This document shows positions 37,471 to 48,427 of a stretch of 64,000 nt of DNA, piece after piece (position 1 is the first letter of the stretch; the number at the start of each line of letters is the position of its first letter). The DNA comes from an uncultured Dehalococcoidia bacterium (GTDB lineage: Bacteria; Chloroflexota; Dehalococcoidia; Lucifugimonadales; Australimonadaceae): assembly GCA_964560025.1 (NCBI GenBank), contig CAZLKC010000002.1, forward strand, positions 109,443-173,442, written 5' to 3'. The notes below the pieces were generated by a model that was given only the letters and a program-made list of their open reading frames with translations, was not told the DNA's origin and searched no databases. A program made the translations under genes and the position numbers.

Positions 37471-38808
37471 CTAGCCGTGCAGCGCCGCCGTCCCTTCGAA
37501 GCTGGCGGTCATCGGCTCGATGGGGATGTCCGCCCAACTCTCGGCGTTCATAAACTCCTCCCACCGGCGGTAGAAGTGGCGTTGGTTGTTCTCAGAGATG
37601 TAGCGCTCGGCGACGACGCCTGGGTAGTCGTCGTGTGCGCCCGCGTGGCCGACGCCCATCGAGACGTGCTGGCGGTACTTGCGGGCGACCGGGCTGCGGC
37701 TGGCCTCCGACACCTGACGCCAGTTGTCGATGTCGTCCTGCTCGTTCAAGCCGGTGGCGCCGTTGTTCTGCGCGTGTCCCGCCGACAGCGCGTGCTTCAT
37801 CTCTTCCGGCGCATCCTTGTCGAACACGGTGAAGTCCCAGAACTCAGTCATCAACGGGCCGCGCGGGAGGGCGAGGCGGAAACCCAGGACGCCGTTAGGA
37901 AAGAGGCTGTGGTTGCCCAGGCGCACTTGCGTCGCGCGGAACCTCCCGAGGCGGCGCTCCACCTCGGGCAGCGTCTCCTCGTGGTAGCGCTCGAAGCGCT
38001 CGCGGTTGTCCTTGGTGACGCCCGCGAGGATTTCCAGCCCCGTGCTGCCCGGCGGGCGGGTGGTGATGCTGTGGCCGTTGATGGAGACGTGGCGCGCGTC
38101 GCTCACCAGCTGTTGCTCCATCGTGGGGCGCGGCCGCCCGATGAAGCGCGCCTTCACCGCAGCGGCGGAGGCGTGGGTTACGGGCACGTGGTAGTTGTCG
38201 GAGCAATTGTCGACGGGCGTCTTCCAGTTCACCGGCTGCAGCCACTTGATGGGGCCGACGGCGACGGTGCCGCCGTCCCGCCGGTTGAACACGGTGTCCA
38301 AGTACCACCGCGCGTCGCCCAGGTAGGCCTCGAGGCTCGGCGCCTCGTGGTCCCACGTCGCGAACACGATGCCTGCGTAGGTGTCCACCTTCGCCTCGAT
38401 GAGGCTCAGCTCGTCCATAGCGAGGGCATCGTAGTAGGCCTCGGCGACGCCGGGCACGTGCTCAAGGCGTCCGTCGTTGGCGAACGTCCACCCGTGGTAG
38501 GTGCACATGAAGTTCTTCGCGTTCCCCTCGTCGGCGCGGACGATGCGGTTGCCGCGGTGGCGGCACATGTTGAGGAAGGCGTGGAGTTGGCCGTTGTTGT
38601 CCCGCGTCAGAATCACCGGGTCTTCTCCCATATAGGAATGGAAGAAGTCGTTGAGGTTCGGGACGAGGGAGACGTGGCCGACCATCTGCCACGCGCGCCC
38701 GAATATCTTCTCCAACTCCTCCTGGTAGATGTCGGCGTCGACGAAGATGCGCCGGTCGAGCGCGCCGGTTGCGGGGTCGATGACGCTGTACTTCTTGGTG
38801 GCGACCAT
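37471..38808 (-). CDS. Rieske oxygenase alpha subunit (aromatic-ring-hydroxylating oxygenase family)
   Basis: CRHRGNR...CTYHGWTF, NWKTPVDNCSDNYHVPVTH. ATG 38808 with GAGG upstream. Confidence 0.88.
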   Translation of the reverse strand: MVATKKYSVIDPATGALDRRIFVDADIYQEELEKIFGRAWQMVGHVSLVPNLNDFFHSYMGEDPVILTRDNNGQLHAFLNMCRHRGNRIVRADEGNAKNFMCTYHGWTFANDGRLEHVPGVAEAYYDALAMDELSLIEAKVDTYAGIVFATWDHEAPSLEAYLGDARWYLDTVFNRRDGGTVAVGPIKWLQPVNWKTPVDNCSDNYHVPVTHASAAAVKARFIGRPRPTMEQQLVSDARHVSINGHSITTRPPGSTGLEILAGVTKDNRERFERYHEETLPEVERRLGRFRATQVRLGNHSLFPNGVLGFRLALPRGPLMTEFWDFTVFDKDAPEEMKHALSAGHAQNNGATGLNEQDDIDNWRQVSEASRSPVARKYRQHVSMGVGHAGAHDDYPGVVAERYISENNQRHFYRRWEEFMNAESWADIPIEPMTASFEGTAALHG

Positions 38809-38966
38809 AGGAACGGCCTCCTGCGGAAGGTGGGCGCAGTGTATCACCGAGGGCAACGGGGTAGGGAGCGCGAGGGCGACGGAGTAGAATCGGGGGCGTC
38901 CTTCGGATTTCGTAAGGGCGAGCGGAGGGAGACCGCGTGGTTAGGCAAAGGTCTGCAGGAGGCGGG

Positions 38967-40291
38967 ATGGGAGTGAACGGAGGCAGCGCAGGCGGAGGCT
39001 GGGACGGGCCTGCGCTGGTCGTGGACGATCAGGAGCGCGGGTTGTTTCTGGTGCATCGTTCGGTGTTCACGGATCCCGGCGTCTTGGCGCTGGAGCGGGA
39101 GCGGATCTTCGATCGGTGCTGGCTGTACGCAGGCCACGAGTCGGAGATTCCGGAAGTGGGGGATTTCGTTACGCGGCGAGTGGCGGGGCGGCCGATCATC
39201 GTTACGCGCGGGCGAGACGGGAAGGTTCGTGTGCTGCTGAACACCTGCACGCACCGAGGGGCATGGTCTGCCGCGAGCCGCGAGGCAACGCCAAGGTGCA
39301 CCAGTGCTTCTACCACGGTTGGAGCTTTACGCCGGAGGGAGAGGTGAACGGGATCCCGGGAGAGGAGGCGTATAGCGAGGCGTTCGACCGCGGCGAGCGG
39401 CGGCTGCGGGAGCCGCCGGGAGGGACGGCGTCGTACCGCGACTTCATCTTCGTGAATTTCAATTCGGAGAACGAGGTTTCGCTGGAGGATTACCTGTGCG
39501 ACGCGAAGGAGTACTTGGGGTGCATCGCGGACCAGTCGGCGGGGCGCATGGAGGTGTTGCGGGGTTCGCAGCCGTTCGGGATGCGGTGCAATCACAAGCT
39601 GCACGTTGAGAACAGCACGGACGGTTATCACGCGCTTGTGGCGCACAAGCGCTATTTCGATTGGCTGGCTGGCGCGGGCGCGATGGATACGAGCGCAGGT
39701 CTGCGCTTTTCGCCGAAGGATCTGGGCAACGGGCACGCAATCATCGGCCGGTCGGTCGCGCCGTTCGGGCGGCCTATGGCGCAGTGGATCCCATATTTCG
39801 GGGAGGAGCGGAAGCCGCACTTCGAGGAGATGTACCGCAAGGCAGTGGAGCGGTTGGGCGAGGAGCGGGCGCATCAGGTGTGCACGTGCGGCGGGATCCT
39901 GTTCATCTTTCCTAACCTGATCATCAATGACATCATCTCGACGACGGTGCGGACGTTCTATCCGATCGAGCCGGGGTATATGGAGGTTACGGCGTGGTGC
40001 CTGGGGCCGGAGGAGGAGGAGGCGCCGGAGCGTGCGGTGCGGCTGGACGGCTTCGTGACGTTCAATAGTCCCGGGGGGTTCGTGAACCCGGACGATACGG
40101 AAGCGCTGGAATCGTGCCAGCGCGGGTTCGAGGCGGCGAAGGAGGTGGAGTATTCGGACGTGTCGCGGGGGATGAAGCGCTTGGTGCAAGGAGGGGAGGA
40201 CGAGTTGGAGATGCGTGTGTTCTGGCGGCAATGGGCACGGTTGATGAAGGAAGAGGAGCCGGGTTCCATCCACGCCGACGCGGACGCCTAG
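38967..40291 (+). pseudogene. Second Rieske oxygenase alpha subunit, split by a 1-nt frameshift
   Basis: ORF 38937-39347 ends with NTCTHRGA, and ORF 39116-40291 continues MVCREPRGNAKVHQCFYHGWSF. Joining them requires one extra nt at about 39258-39263 (a GGGG run). NHKLHVENSTDGYHALVAH iron site. Confidence 0.7.
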
Positions 40292-40293
40292 GC

Positions 40294-40321
40294 CGCCCTT
40301 CGAGCGCCCTCAGGGCGAACG
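40294..40321. repeat. Copy 2 of short dispersed hairpin repeat (CGCCCTTCGAGCGCCCTCAGGGCGAACG)
   Basis: Fills the 40-nt gap between convergent genes. Ends 10 nt before the stop codon of minus-strand acsA (40332-40334). Confidence 0.6.
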
Positions 40322-40331
40322 GATAGGGGCG

Positions 40332-42080
<1,749 letters not shown>

Positions 42081-42179
42081 AGCGCCGCCTCCGTCGTAGG
42101 GGCAAGTTTCAAACCCGCCCCCTTCGCGGCAAGTGTAGGGCGGGGCGGGGGAGCGGGCAAGGGCGGCGCCCGGACAGGG

Positions 42180-42219
42180 CGCAAGGCGCGGGCGTAGCCT
42201 AGTGGAACCGCGCCTTGCG
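42180..42219. other. Perfect 12-bp stem hairpin with 16-nt loop in a divergent intergenic region
   Basis: CGCAAGGCGCGG-N16-CCGCGCCTTGCG, between the acsA start (42080) and ATG 42291. Confidence 0.5.
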
Positions 42220-42290
42220 TCGGTTAGAGTGGCTGGGAGTTCGGACGCGCCTGCGACGGAACGGCGCGGCTCCGCTCAGGGAGGAAGCTT

Positions 42291-42686
42291 ATGCATCTGC
42301 GTCTCGCCGGGCTCTACCTGATGCTCTCCGGCCTCGTCGTCGCGGTCTACTTCATCCTCTCCGCCGTCATCCAGGCCGACTGGGAGGTGTCTGCCTGGCA
42401 GACCATCAACTGGTTCATGGCGATGGGCGCCCTGCTCGCCCTGGGCATCGGCTGGGTGCAGAAGCGCGGGACAGAGAACTACGGCGACAGTGGCCTCGCC
42501 CGTTTCATCACGGTCAACGCCACCTTCTACGCCGCCGCCACCCTCTTCCTTCTCTTCTTCTGGAAGTGGTTCTCCGCCGTTCTTTTCCAGAACGAGGACG
42601 ACTCAGGCGTGTCGTGGGTGGCGGTCGACGTGCTCTACCCGCTCGTTACTTTGAGCCTGGGCCGCCGCCTCTGGAACGAAGAATAG
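42291..42686 (+). CDS. Hypothetical membrane protein (131 aa, four hydrophobic segments)
   Basis: ATG preceded by GGAGGAAG. Trp-rich TM protein, no motif recognised. Confidence 0.6.
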   Translation: MHLRLAGLYLMLSGLVVAVYFILSAVIQADWEVSAWQTINWFMAMGALLALGIGWVQKRGTENYGDSGLARFITVNATFYAAATLFLLFFWKWFSAVLFQNEDDSGVSWVAVDVLYPLVTLSLGRRLWNEE

Positions 42687-42706
42687 CGCGCCCAAACGGG
42701 GCGCGC
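42686..42706. terminator. Hairpin between convergent genes (possible bidirectional terminator)
   Basis: GCGCGCCC-AAACG-GGGCGCGC, immediately after the stop at 42684-42686. Confidence 0.35.
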
Positions 42707-42729
42707 CGGGCGGCGGCAGCGGACGGAGA

Positions 42730-42915
42730 CTAGGAGCGCGAGCGGCGGCGGCGGCGCGCGGAGCGGCGCGCGGCGATGCGCGCCTTCTCGCCCTTCGAGC
42801 GGAAGAAGCGCCGGTCCTTGTGCTGCTTCAAGACGCCCGTCCGCGTAACCGCGGAGCGGAAGCGGCTCACCAGTCCCTCGGGGCTTTCGCCGTCGCGCAG
42901 AGTTACGAACGCCAT
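42730..42915 (-). CDS. rpsU: 30S ribosomal protein S21
   Basis: MAFVTLRDGESPEGLVSRFRSAV...FFRSKGEKARI. ATG 42915. Extended -10 TGCTATGGT (complement of 42925-42933) lies 9 nt upstream. Confidence 0.88.
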   Translation of the reverse strand: MAFVTLRDGESPEGLVSRFRSAVTRTGVLKQHKDRRFFRSKGEKARIAARRSARRRRRSRS

Positions 42916-42981
42916 AGCTCGCTCACCATAGCACATCGCCCGCGTCGAGGGCAACGCGCGCCACGCCGCGCCGGCGGCGCG

Positions 42982-43010
42982 TTGACAAGCGCGGGCGCCG
43001 GTGGCACTAT
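42982..43010 (+). promoter_or_regulatory. Candidate promoter TTGACA-N17-CACTAT for the zinc-ribbon/dtd genes
   Basis: Hexamers at 42982-42987 and 43005-43010. Confidence 0.3.
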
Positions 43011-43052
43011 TGGCACTCTAGACCATCGAGTGCTAACCCTGCGGCTCCTTCT

Positions 43053-43319
43053 ATGCCCATCTACGAATACGCATGCGAAACAGGGCACGACTTCGAGGTG
43101 CGCCAAGGCTTTCACGACGACCCCGTGTCGGAATGCCCGCGCTGCCGCCGCCCGGCGCGCCGCGTCTACCGCCCCGCGCCGGTGATCTACAAGGGCTCCG
43201 GCTTCTACACCACAGACTACGCCCGCAAGCAGCCTGGCGTGAGCGCAAGCTCCGGCGCGTCCTCCTCCTCGTCTTCTTCCTCCCCTGCGCCTTCCCCATC
43301 GTCGTCCGACGACGACTAG
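43053..43319 (+). CDS. FmdB-family putative regulatory zinc-ribbon protein with Ser-rich tail
   Basis: MPIYEYACETGHDFE...CPRCRR, then KGSGFYTTDY and a poly-Ser/acidic tail. The first CxxC pair is degenerate (CETG). Confidence 0.8.
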   Translation: MPIYEYACETGHDFEVRQGFHDDPVSECPRCRRPARRVYRPAPVIYKGSGFYTTDYARKQPGVSASSGASSSSSSSSPAPSPSSSDDD

Positions 43320-43323
43320 GCCG

Positions 43324-43788
43324 GTGCGGGCGGTCATCCAGCGCGTTTCGCAAGCCGCCGTCGCTATCGAGGGGAGGGAAGTAGCGCGAATCGGCCCCGG
43401 TCTGCTGGTGCTGCTCGCCGTCGGTGACGGCGACACGGATGCGGATGCCGCCTACGTAACCGAGAAGACGGCGAACCTCCGCATCTTCCCCGACGAGGTA
43501 GGGCGGTTCGACCGTTCGGCGCTGGACGTGGGCGGCGAGGTGTTGTTGGTGAGCCAGTTTACGCTCTACGGCGACGTGCGGCGGGGGCGCCGCCCGAGCT
43601 TCAGCGGCGCGGCGCCCCCGCCCCAAGCGCGCACGATGTTCGAGCACGCTGTGGCGCAATTCGAGGCGACGGGACTGACGGTGCGGACGGGGCGCTTTCA
43701 GGAGATGATGGAAGTCTCGCTAGTGAACGAAGGGCCGGTGACCATCTGCCTGGACAGCGCGGAGCGAATGCGTCCCCGGCGCGCCTAG
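43324..43788 (+). CDS. dtd: D-aminoacyl-tRNA deacylase
   Basis: MRAVIQRV, SQFTLYGD, GRRPSF, NEGPVTI motifs. GTG start. Confidence 0.9.
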   Translation: MRAVIQRVSQAAVAIEGREVARIGPGLLVLLAVGDGDTDADAAYVTEKTANLRIFPDEVGRFDRSALDVGGEVLLVSQFTLYGDVRRGRRPSFSGAAPPPQARTMFEHAVAQFEATGLTVRTGRFQEMMEVSLVNEGPVTICLDSAERMRPRRA

Positions 43789-43840
43789 TCTGCGCCTCGC
43801 CGCACTTGCCGCGACGGCGCGCGTAGGTGATGCTCACCAT

Positions 43841-44341
43841 ATGCGCATCCTTGGCGTTGACCCGGGCACCCACCGGCTCGGCTACGGTGTGATCGAGGTG
43901 GACGGCCCCGAGCGGCACTGCTTGGAGGCGGGCTGTCTCGAGGCGGGGCGGCGCGACCCCATCGAGCGGCGCTTGCACGTTCTCCACGCGGGGTTAATCG
44001 AGGTGGCGCGCCGCTGGCTCCCCGACCACCTGGCCGTAGAAGAGCCGTTCGTGGCGCCGGAGCGCGGCGCGAAGTCGGCGGTGGCGGTCGGTCAGGCGCA
44101 GGCGCTCGCGCTGCTGGTGGCCGCCGACGCGGGCATAGAGGTGCACCGCTACGCGCCGTCGCAGGTTAAGCACGCGGTCGCCGACTACGGGGCGGGCACC
44201 AAGGCGCAACTCCAACGCTCTCTCCGCCTGCTGCTGGCGCTGCCCCCCGAGCCTATGGCCGACGACGCGTCCGACGCGCTGGCCATCGCGCTCTGCCACC
44301 TCCAGCACTGGCGCACGAAGCAGCGGGTGCGCGTCTCATGA
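43841..44341 (+). CDS. ruvC: Crossover junction endodeoxyribonuclease RuvC
   Basis: MRILGVDPG, EEPF, DASDALAIALCH. Confidence 0.9.
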   Translation: MRILGVDPGTHRLGYGVIEVDGPERHCLEAGCLEAGRRDPIERRLHVLHAGLIEVARRWLPDHLAVEEPFVAPERGAKSAVAVGQAQALALLVAADAGIEVHRYAPSQVKHAVADYGAGTKAQLQRSLRLLLALPPEPMADDASDALAIALCHLQHWRTKQRVRVS

Positions 44342-44928
44342 GCCTCATCGCCGCAATCGCGGGGAGCATCGCAGCGAAAGGCGCCGACTACGCGCTGGTG
44401 ACCGTCGGCGGGGTGACGCTCAAGGTCTACGCTCCCGCGTTCGACCTCGCGTCTATGGGGGACGAGGGCGCGCCGGTGCGCCTCCATACGCACCTCATCG
44501 TGCGCGAGGACGATCTCCAGCTCTACGGCTTCCTCGAACCGCAGGCGCAGCGGCTGTTCGAGTTGCTCATCGGCGTCAGCGGGGTCGGCCCGCGTGTCGC
44601 GCTCGGCCTGCTCTCCGCCCTGCCCGCTGGCGAGGCCGCCGCCGCCATCGTGTCGGAGGACATCGTAGCCCTGGCGCGCGCGCCAGGCGTCGGTAAGCGC
44701 ACCGCCGAGCGCCTCATCCTGGAACTGCGCCAGAAGTTGGAGGTGGAGACGCGCGCTGAGCCGGTCGTTCCAGGCGCCCGGGCCACCGGCGACGCCGCCC
44801 TCGACTTCTTGGTGAGCCTCGGTTTCGCCGCCTCCGAGGCACGCCAAGCGCTCTCGGTCGAACGCGACGCGGATCTGGCGGTGGAGGAGCGGGTGAGGCG
44901 CGCACTGCAACGGATGGGGCAGGGGTAG
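44338..44928 (+). CDS. ruvA: Holliday junction branch migration protein RuvA
   Basis: 4-nt overlap with ruvC. LIGVSGVGPRVAL and APGVGKRTAERLILEL HhH motifs. Confidence 0.9.
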   Translation: MSLIAAIAGSIAAKGADYALVTVGGVTLKVYAPAFDLASMGDEGAPVRLHTHLIVREDDLQLYGFLEPQAQRLFELLIGVSGVGPRVALGLLSALPAGEAAAAIVSEDIVALARAPGVGKRTAERLILELRQKLEVETRAEPVVPGARATGDAALDFLVSLGFAASEARQALSVERDADLAVEERVRRALQRMGQG

Positions 44929-44998
44929 AGGCGCTCGCCGCTCTGCTCCGCGCGCTGGCGTACAATGCCCCTCGACGGCTCGTTAGCCGGAGGCGCGT

Positions 44999-45301
44999 AT
45001 GCAGGAACAACCACCGCCCGGCGCGGCTAGCCCTCGCCTCGTCCCGCGCCCTTTCGCCTTCCACTGGGGCAAAGGGCTGGTGGTGGAAGAGGCGTCCATC
45101 GAGATGCCCTACACCGAGCCGACCATCCAGTTGTTGGAGTATGAGGACGGCTCGGAGACGGTGCGCTTCTGCTACTACCACGGCCCGCGCTTCGGGCGCG
45201 GCCCGGCGATGATGGACGCGGACGCGCTGGACGATATGCGCGAGGCGCTCAAGGAGGCGCCCCGCTTGCGCGCGCTCCTGAAGCGGCTGACGGAGGACTA
45301 G
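44999..45301 (+). CDS. Hypothetical protein (100 aa)
   Basis: ATG with GGAGG upstream. Occupies the position where ruvB is usually found. No motif recognised. Confidence 0.5.
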   Translation: MQEQPPPGAASPRLVPRPFAFHWGKGLVVEEASIEMPYTEPTIQLLEYEDGSETVRFCYYHGPRFGRGPAMMDADALDDMREALKEAPRLRALLKRLTED

Positions 45302-45303
45302 GC

Positions 45304-47361
45304 GTGGCCACGTTGCCGGAGATGATTGACGCGAGCACGCCGTTCGAAGTTACGGCGGACTTCGTGCCGCGCGGCGACCAGCCGGACGCCATCCGCCAGC
45401 TCACGGAGGGAGTGGTGGAGGGTCTGCGCCATCAGACGCTGCTGGGCGTTACCGGCTCCGGCAAGACCTACTCCATGGCGAAGATCGTAGAGGGAGTGCA
45501 GCGCCCGACGCTGGTCATCGCGCCCAACAAGACGCTGGCGGCGCAGCTGGCGAGCGAGTTCCGCGACTTCTTCCCCAAGAACGCGGTCGAGTACTTCGTC
45601 TCCTACTACGACTACTACCAGCCGGAGGCGTACGTTGCGAAGACGGACACCTACATTGAAAAGGACGCGGACGTAAACGACGAGATAGACAAGCTGCGCC
45701 ACTCGGCCACCCGCGCGCTGATGACGCGCCGCGACGTTCTCATCGTCGCCTCCGTCTCGTGCATCTACGGCCTCGGCTCTCCGGACGAATACTACTCGTT
45801 CGTCGAGACGGTGCGCCGGGGCGAGCGCAAGAATCGCAACCGCCTGGTGCGCCGCCTGATCGAGATGCAGTACGAGCGCAACGACTTCGACCTCGCCCGC
45901 GCGCGGTTCCGCATCCGCGGCGACACGCTGGAGCTGCTGCCCGCCTATGAGGACGCCGCCGTGCGCATCGAGTTCTTCGGCGACGAGGTGGAGCGCATCG
46001 TAGAGCTCGACCCGCTGACCGGGGAGTTGCTGGCCGACCGCGAGCGCATCGACATCTACCCGGCAAAGCACTTCGTCACTTCCGCCGAGAAGATTGACGC
46101 GGCCATCGCGGATATCGAATCGGAGTTGGAAGAGCGCCTCGCCTTCTTCCGGGGGCAGGGCAGAGTGCTGGAGGCGCAACGCCTCGAACACCGCACGCGC
46201 TACGATATGGAGATGCTGCGCGAGACGGGCTACTGCGCAGGGGTGGAGAACTACTCGCAGCCGCTGGGACGCCGCCCGCGCCACAGCGCGCCGTGGACGC
46301 TGCTGGACTACTTCCCCGACGACTTCCTGCTGATATTGGACGAGTCGCACATGGCCATCCCGCAGTTGCGCGCGATGTATCACGGCGATATGTCGCGCAA
46401 GAACGTGCTGGTCGACTTCGGCTTTCGCCTCCCGTCGGCGCTGGACAACCGCCCGCTCAACTTCGACGAGGTGGAGTTGCGCATCAACCAGGCGCTCTTC
46501 GTCTCCGCCACCCCCGGCCCCTACGAGATGCAGCGCTCCGAGCGCGTCGTCGAGCAGGTCATCCGCCCTACTGGTCTTCTCGACCCGACCATCGAGGTGA
46601 AGCAGACCAAGGGGCAGATCGACGACCTGCTGGAGCAGATAGCGCAACGCGTCGCGAAGGGGCAGCGCGCGCTGGTGACGACACTCACCAAGCGCATGGC
46701 GGAAGAGTTGACCGACTACCTGCGCGAGATGAACGTGAAGGTGCACTATCTGCACTCGGAGATCGACACGCTCGAACGCATCGAGATACTGCGCGACCTG
46801 CGCCTGGGCGTCTACGACGTGGTGGTGGGCATCAACCTGCTGCGGGAGGGCCTCGACCTGCCGGAGGTGAGCCTGGTGGCGATCCTCGACGCGGACAAGG
46901 AGGGTTATTTGCGCTCCACCACCTCCCTTATCCAGACCGTCGGCCGGGCGGCGCGGCACATCGAAGGCCACGTAATCATGTACGCCGACCGGGTGACCGA
47001 CTCGATGCGCCGGTGCCTCGACGAGACCTACCGCCGCCGCGAGATTCAGGAGCGATTCAACACCGAGCACGGCGTCCGCCCCGAGGGCATCCAGAAGGCG
47101 GTGCACGACATCACCGAGCGCATCCGCGAGGTGGCTGAGCCCCAGGCGGCCTACAACGTGCGGCGCGAGATGTCCAAGGACGACCTAGCGCGCGCCGTCA
47201 AGGAGCTCGAATCGGAGATGCGCAGCGCGGCCAAGAAGCTGGAGTTCGAGAAGGCGGCGGCGTTGCGCGACGAGATGATCGAGCTCAAGCGCCTCGTGGT
47301 TGCCCAAGAGGTCGTCACGCGCGGGGAGCGCGGCGAACGGGCGGGGCGGGCCTCCGCGTAG
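45304..47361 (+). CDS. uvrB: Excinuclease ABC subunit B
   Basis: GVTGSGKT Walker A, DESH, C-terminal UVR domain ([10 protein letters not shown]). GTG start. Confidence 0.93.
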   Translation: MATLPEMIDASTPFEVTADFVPRGDQPDAIRQLTEGVVEGLRHQTLLGVTGSGKTYSMAKIVEGVQRPTLVIAPNKTLAAQLASEFRDFFPKNAVEYFVSYYDYYQPEAYVAKTDTYIEKDADVNDEIDKLRHSATRALMTRRDVLIVASVSCIYGLGSPDEYYSFVETVRRGERKNRNRLVRRLIEMQYERNDFDLARARFRIRGDTLELLPAYEDAAVRIEFFGDEVERIVELDPLTGELLADRERIDIYPAKHFVTSAEKIDAAIADIESELEERLAFFRGQGRVLEAQRLEHRTRYDMEMLRETGYCAGVENYSQPLGRRPRHSAPWTLLDYFPDDFLLILDESHMAIPQLRAMYHGDMSRKNVLVDFGFRLPSALDNRPLNFDEVELRINQALFVSATPGPYEMQRSERVVEQVIRPTGLLDPTIEVKQTKGQIDDLLEQIAQRVAKGQRALVTTLTKRMAEELTDYLREMNVKVHYLHSEIDTLERIEILRDLRLGVYDVVVGINLLREGLDLPEVSLVAILDADKEGYLRSTTSLIQTVGRAARHIEGHVIMYADRVTDSMRRCLDETYRRREIQERFNTEHGVRPEGIQKAVHDITERIREVAEPQAAYNVRREMSKDDLARAVKELESEMRSAAKKLEFEKAAALRDEMIELKRLVVAQEVVTRGERGERAGRASA

Positions 47362-48362
47362 TGCGCCGCGCTCTCGCCGCGCTTCTGCTGGTCGCGCTCC
47401 TGGCAGCTGCGTCCGCCGTCGCTGCAGCTGCTTGCAGCGGCGCGAAACCCGGCGACCCCGCGCTGCCCCCGGGCTTTGTCGAACGCGGCCTCCCGCCTGT
47501 CGAACTGAACGCCTACGTCTACGCCGACCCCGGCTATGCTGTGCCTGTCAACGTGACCGCGTTCGGCGGCGTGGCGGGCGCTCCGCCGTTCGCCGTCCGC
47601 CGCGCGGAGGGCGCAGTGGCCGCGCCCGATACGGAGCAGGCGGCGCAGTTCGAGCTGGACGCGGCCTGGCAGGCGCAAGCGGCGGCTTCATGGTTCGGCG
47701 GCCAGTCCGGTGCGGGCGCGTGGGCCATGGCGGATGGGCCTGTCTTGGCGGTCGCGAGGGAGCCGGGCGCCTGGGCGGACGAGATGGCGGCGGGCTGGAG
47801 CCTCGATCGGCGCGAGGCTATCGATTCGCGCTATCCAGAGGTATGGGAGACGCTGCGGCTGCTGCCGGAGGCGCCGCCGGGCGAGCCGTTGGCGGCCGGA
47901 TTCGTGCGGAACGCCGCCGGCGTCGCGGACGACCTGGCGGCACTGACGCGAGCGGACGCGCCGAATCTGGAGCAGGCGTTCGACCTTGCCCGTATCGACA
48001 CGGTCGTCTTCGCCGTCTACGCCGAGCGTCCGGAGGCGCTGCGGAGTGGAGCAACGCCCGACTCCCTGCGCGCGGCGGGCGTAGGCGCCATCGCCGTCGC
48101 CAAGTCGCGCTACCCCGCCCTCGTCATCGGGCTGCTCACCGGGCGCTTCACCGGCCCGCTCGCCGGGCGATTCGCCGGTCAGTTGGGATTGGAGGAGGCG
48201 GAGGTGGAAGGCGAGCGCGCGTGGCGGCGCAGCCTGAGCGGCGAGGCGCACCTGATGGTAAAGATCTACGGCGCGGCGTTCTACTTCGCCGCCGCGCCGA
48301 CGCCCGAGGGCGCCGAGGCGCTCATCGCGTCCGTGATCCGCAGCCAGGAGGCGCGGTCGTAG
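47361..48362 (+). CDS. Putative lipoprotein (333 aa), function unknown
   Basis: Signal peptide ending AAAACSG. GTG 47361 overlaps the uvrB TAG by 1 nt. Ala-rich, no recognised domain. Confidence 0.55.
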   Translation: MRRALAALLLVALLAAASAVAAAACSGAKPGDPALPPGFVERGLPPVELNAYVYADPGYAVPVNVTAFGGVAGAPPFAVRRAEGAVAAPDTEQAAQFELDAAWQAQAAASWFGGQSGAGAWAMADGPVLAVAREPGAWADEMAAGWSLDRREAIDSRYPEVWETLRLLPEAPPGEPLAAGFVRNAAGVADDLAALTRADAPNLEQAFDLARIDTVVFAVYAERPEALRSGATPDSLRAAGVGAIAVAKSRYPALVIGLLTGRFTGPLAGRFAGQLGLEEAEVEGERAWRRSLSGEAHLMVKIYGAAFYFAAAPTPEGAEALIASVIRSQEARS

Positions 48363-48393
48363 GGGCGGCAGCGCACCGAAACGGGGCGCCGCT

Positions 48394-48427
48394 AAAGTTG
48401 ACAATTAAGGTCAACTTTCTCTAGACT
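48394..48427 (+). promoter_or_regulatory. Promoter (TTGACA-N18-TAGACT) overlapped by the perfect inverted repeat AAAGTTGAC-N7-GTCAACTTT
   Basis: IR at 48394-48418, -35 at 48398-48403, -10 at 48422-48427. ATG 48434 is 6 nt after the -10. AT-rich patch in a GC-rich genome. Confidence 0.5.

Noticed and set aside
42188-42254. tRNA-like start GCGGGCGTAGCCTAGTGGAA with a matching 3' acceptor strand CGCCTGC.
   Set aside because: It is only 67 nt long. The D-stem arms (GCC/CGC) do not pair. No T-arm or GTTCGAATC-like loop can be formed. The segment is better explained as the loop and 3' side of the 12-bp hairpin at 42180-42219.
43002-43017. Tandem TGGCACT-AT-TGGCACT resembling a sigma-54 -24/-12 element (TGGCAC-N5-TTGC).
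   Set aside because: The GG-to-GC spacing is two bases too short for the -24/-12 consensus. The sequence overlaps a reasonable sigma70-type -10 (CACTAT) instead.
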